A DNA stretch of 63,508 nt, filler included, from Atractiella rhizophila (taxonomy: Eukaryota): the NCBI GenBank assembly GCA_021432655.1. It is 10 parts of 9 records of this genome, joined end to end, with 100 filler letters (N's around TTAATTAATTAA, not from the genome) between each part and the next. Parts side by side here need not be neighbours in the genome. Positions count along the whole stretch, not along the records: positions 56,447 to 63,508 come from MU272242.1; 9 more parts are not named here. One strand, given 5' to 3'. Under the pieces are notes generated by a model that saw nothing but the letters and a program-made list of their open reading frames with translations, did not search any database and had not been told where the DNA came from. Made by a program: the position numbers and the translations under genes. This document shows positions 62,500 to 63,508 of this stretch, piece by piece. The number at the start of each line of letters is the position of its first letter. Within the stretch, counting starts at the first letter, position 1.

Positions 62500-63508
62500 T
62501 CAAAACGGTTCCACGACTGCCGCCTGCTCTCGACCCTGGTTCGTCCTAAGCGAATAATCATCGCCATGCTGTTTTATTTGCACAAACCCATCAGATTTGC
62601 AAGGTAATCGAGAGAGGATGGTGAAGAAAAACACGGACCTGGGTGATGTATCTAAACCACGGCAGCGCTTGATATCCGCTCTTCTCGACGATTTTGAGGT
62701 ATCGAACTTGGATCCCGGATACAGTGAAATATGGAATCTCAAACTTGACACTGATTGGAACACGGTTCTCTAAGTCTTCTGTTGTCCCAAAGAAAAACAA
62801 ACATCAGGTGATGCTGGCGCATTAAACGTTACGACGAACCCCCTTTGACAGATGGAAGCCCGAAATGTGCACGCATGAGGAATTCCATGCTTCCACCCAA
62901 CTGCTTGATCTTCCATACAAAAGCCGACTTTTCAGGCAAGTATTGTACTGTTCCTCCGGCTGCCTGGATCGATGCCAACAATTAGCCAGGGAGAAGATGA
63001 GGTGAAGCGGAACATACGCGGAATCGTGGCGTGTCTGCATCATCGGGGACGGGAATGTGCACTTCAACATTATTTGCCGTCGATCGTCGTTTGAACTGTG
63101 CTCTGACCTGTTGTAACATTAATCAGCTAACACGGCCACAAAAGCCTGCAAGGTAACACGCGGAAGAGGAAAGGCTAACCTTGACAATATATTCTACCCT
63201 TGATCCCTTATGATGTTTAATGCTAGCCTCTGCCCAGATGAGAGGCTTGACTTGCGTATTCAGACGGTAGCTCATGAGCTCGAACTCTCCATCTGGGGGG
63301 ATGAAAGAGATCGTCCGGTCATTCCCGAAACGTGCCAAACGAACACATTGATGGAACTTGACGTCCTCCGTCTCAATGGCTTTGCCTCGAGATGCTACCG
63401 AACAGTACTTATCAGCGTATGGATGAAGGATTAAAGCACTGAGAACGCACTCCGCCCAGTACTTTCGAACATCACTTTATCGTTCAATCCCAGTCGTAGT
63501 TCCGGCAT
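62500..63508 (-). CDS. APM1: Clathrin adaptor AP-1 medium (mu1) subunit, 3' part
   Basis: MPELRLGLNDKVMFE, EDVKFHQCVRLARF..DRTISFIPPDGEFELMSYRL, KPLIWAE, PISVKFEIPYFTVSGIQVRYLKIVEKSGYQALPW.RYITQ|HGDDYSLRT. Confidence 0.93.

Overview
Eukaryotic (fungal) DNA, most likely a basidiomycete, inferred from ~45-60 nt introns with GTGCGT/GTTCGT/GTGAGT donors and basidiomycete-style proteins. The window is not one locus: ten contig pieces are joined by nine identical 100-nt N...TTAATTAATTAA...N spacers, and the last eight pieces are size-sorted (7157 down to 7062 bp), so gene neighbourhoods are real only within a piece. Housekeeping genes: PRP31, ERV1, CDC7, a MEF2/Rlm1-type MADS-box gene, AP-1 mu (partial), a Ure2-class GST, a DHA1 MFS transporter, a DUF1748-type gene and an intron-containing tRNA-Pro(AGG). 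Transposon remnants: Ty1/copia with its 3' LTR, Tad1-like LINEs and a hAT element. Three items stand out. (1) A secreted Kex2-type repeat-peptide precursor at 42088-43050 (-), invisible to the ORF track because each 28-aa unit (QENPIPNDSDFPTKVVNGEIVPFKKEKR) lies on its own 84-nt exon; it is next to an MFS exporter. (2) A 1632-aa patatin/NB-ARC/TPR fungal NLR with about 17 mosaic 40-aa repeats and an apparently degenerate patatin active site. (3) A tandem trio of miniature Zn(II)2Cys6-zipper genes with an atypical Cys spacing.
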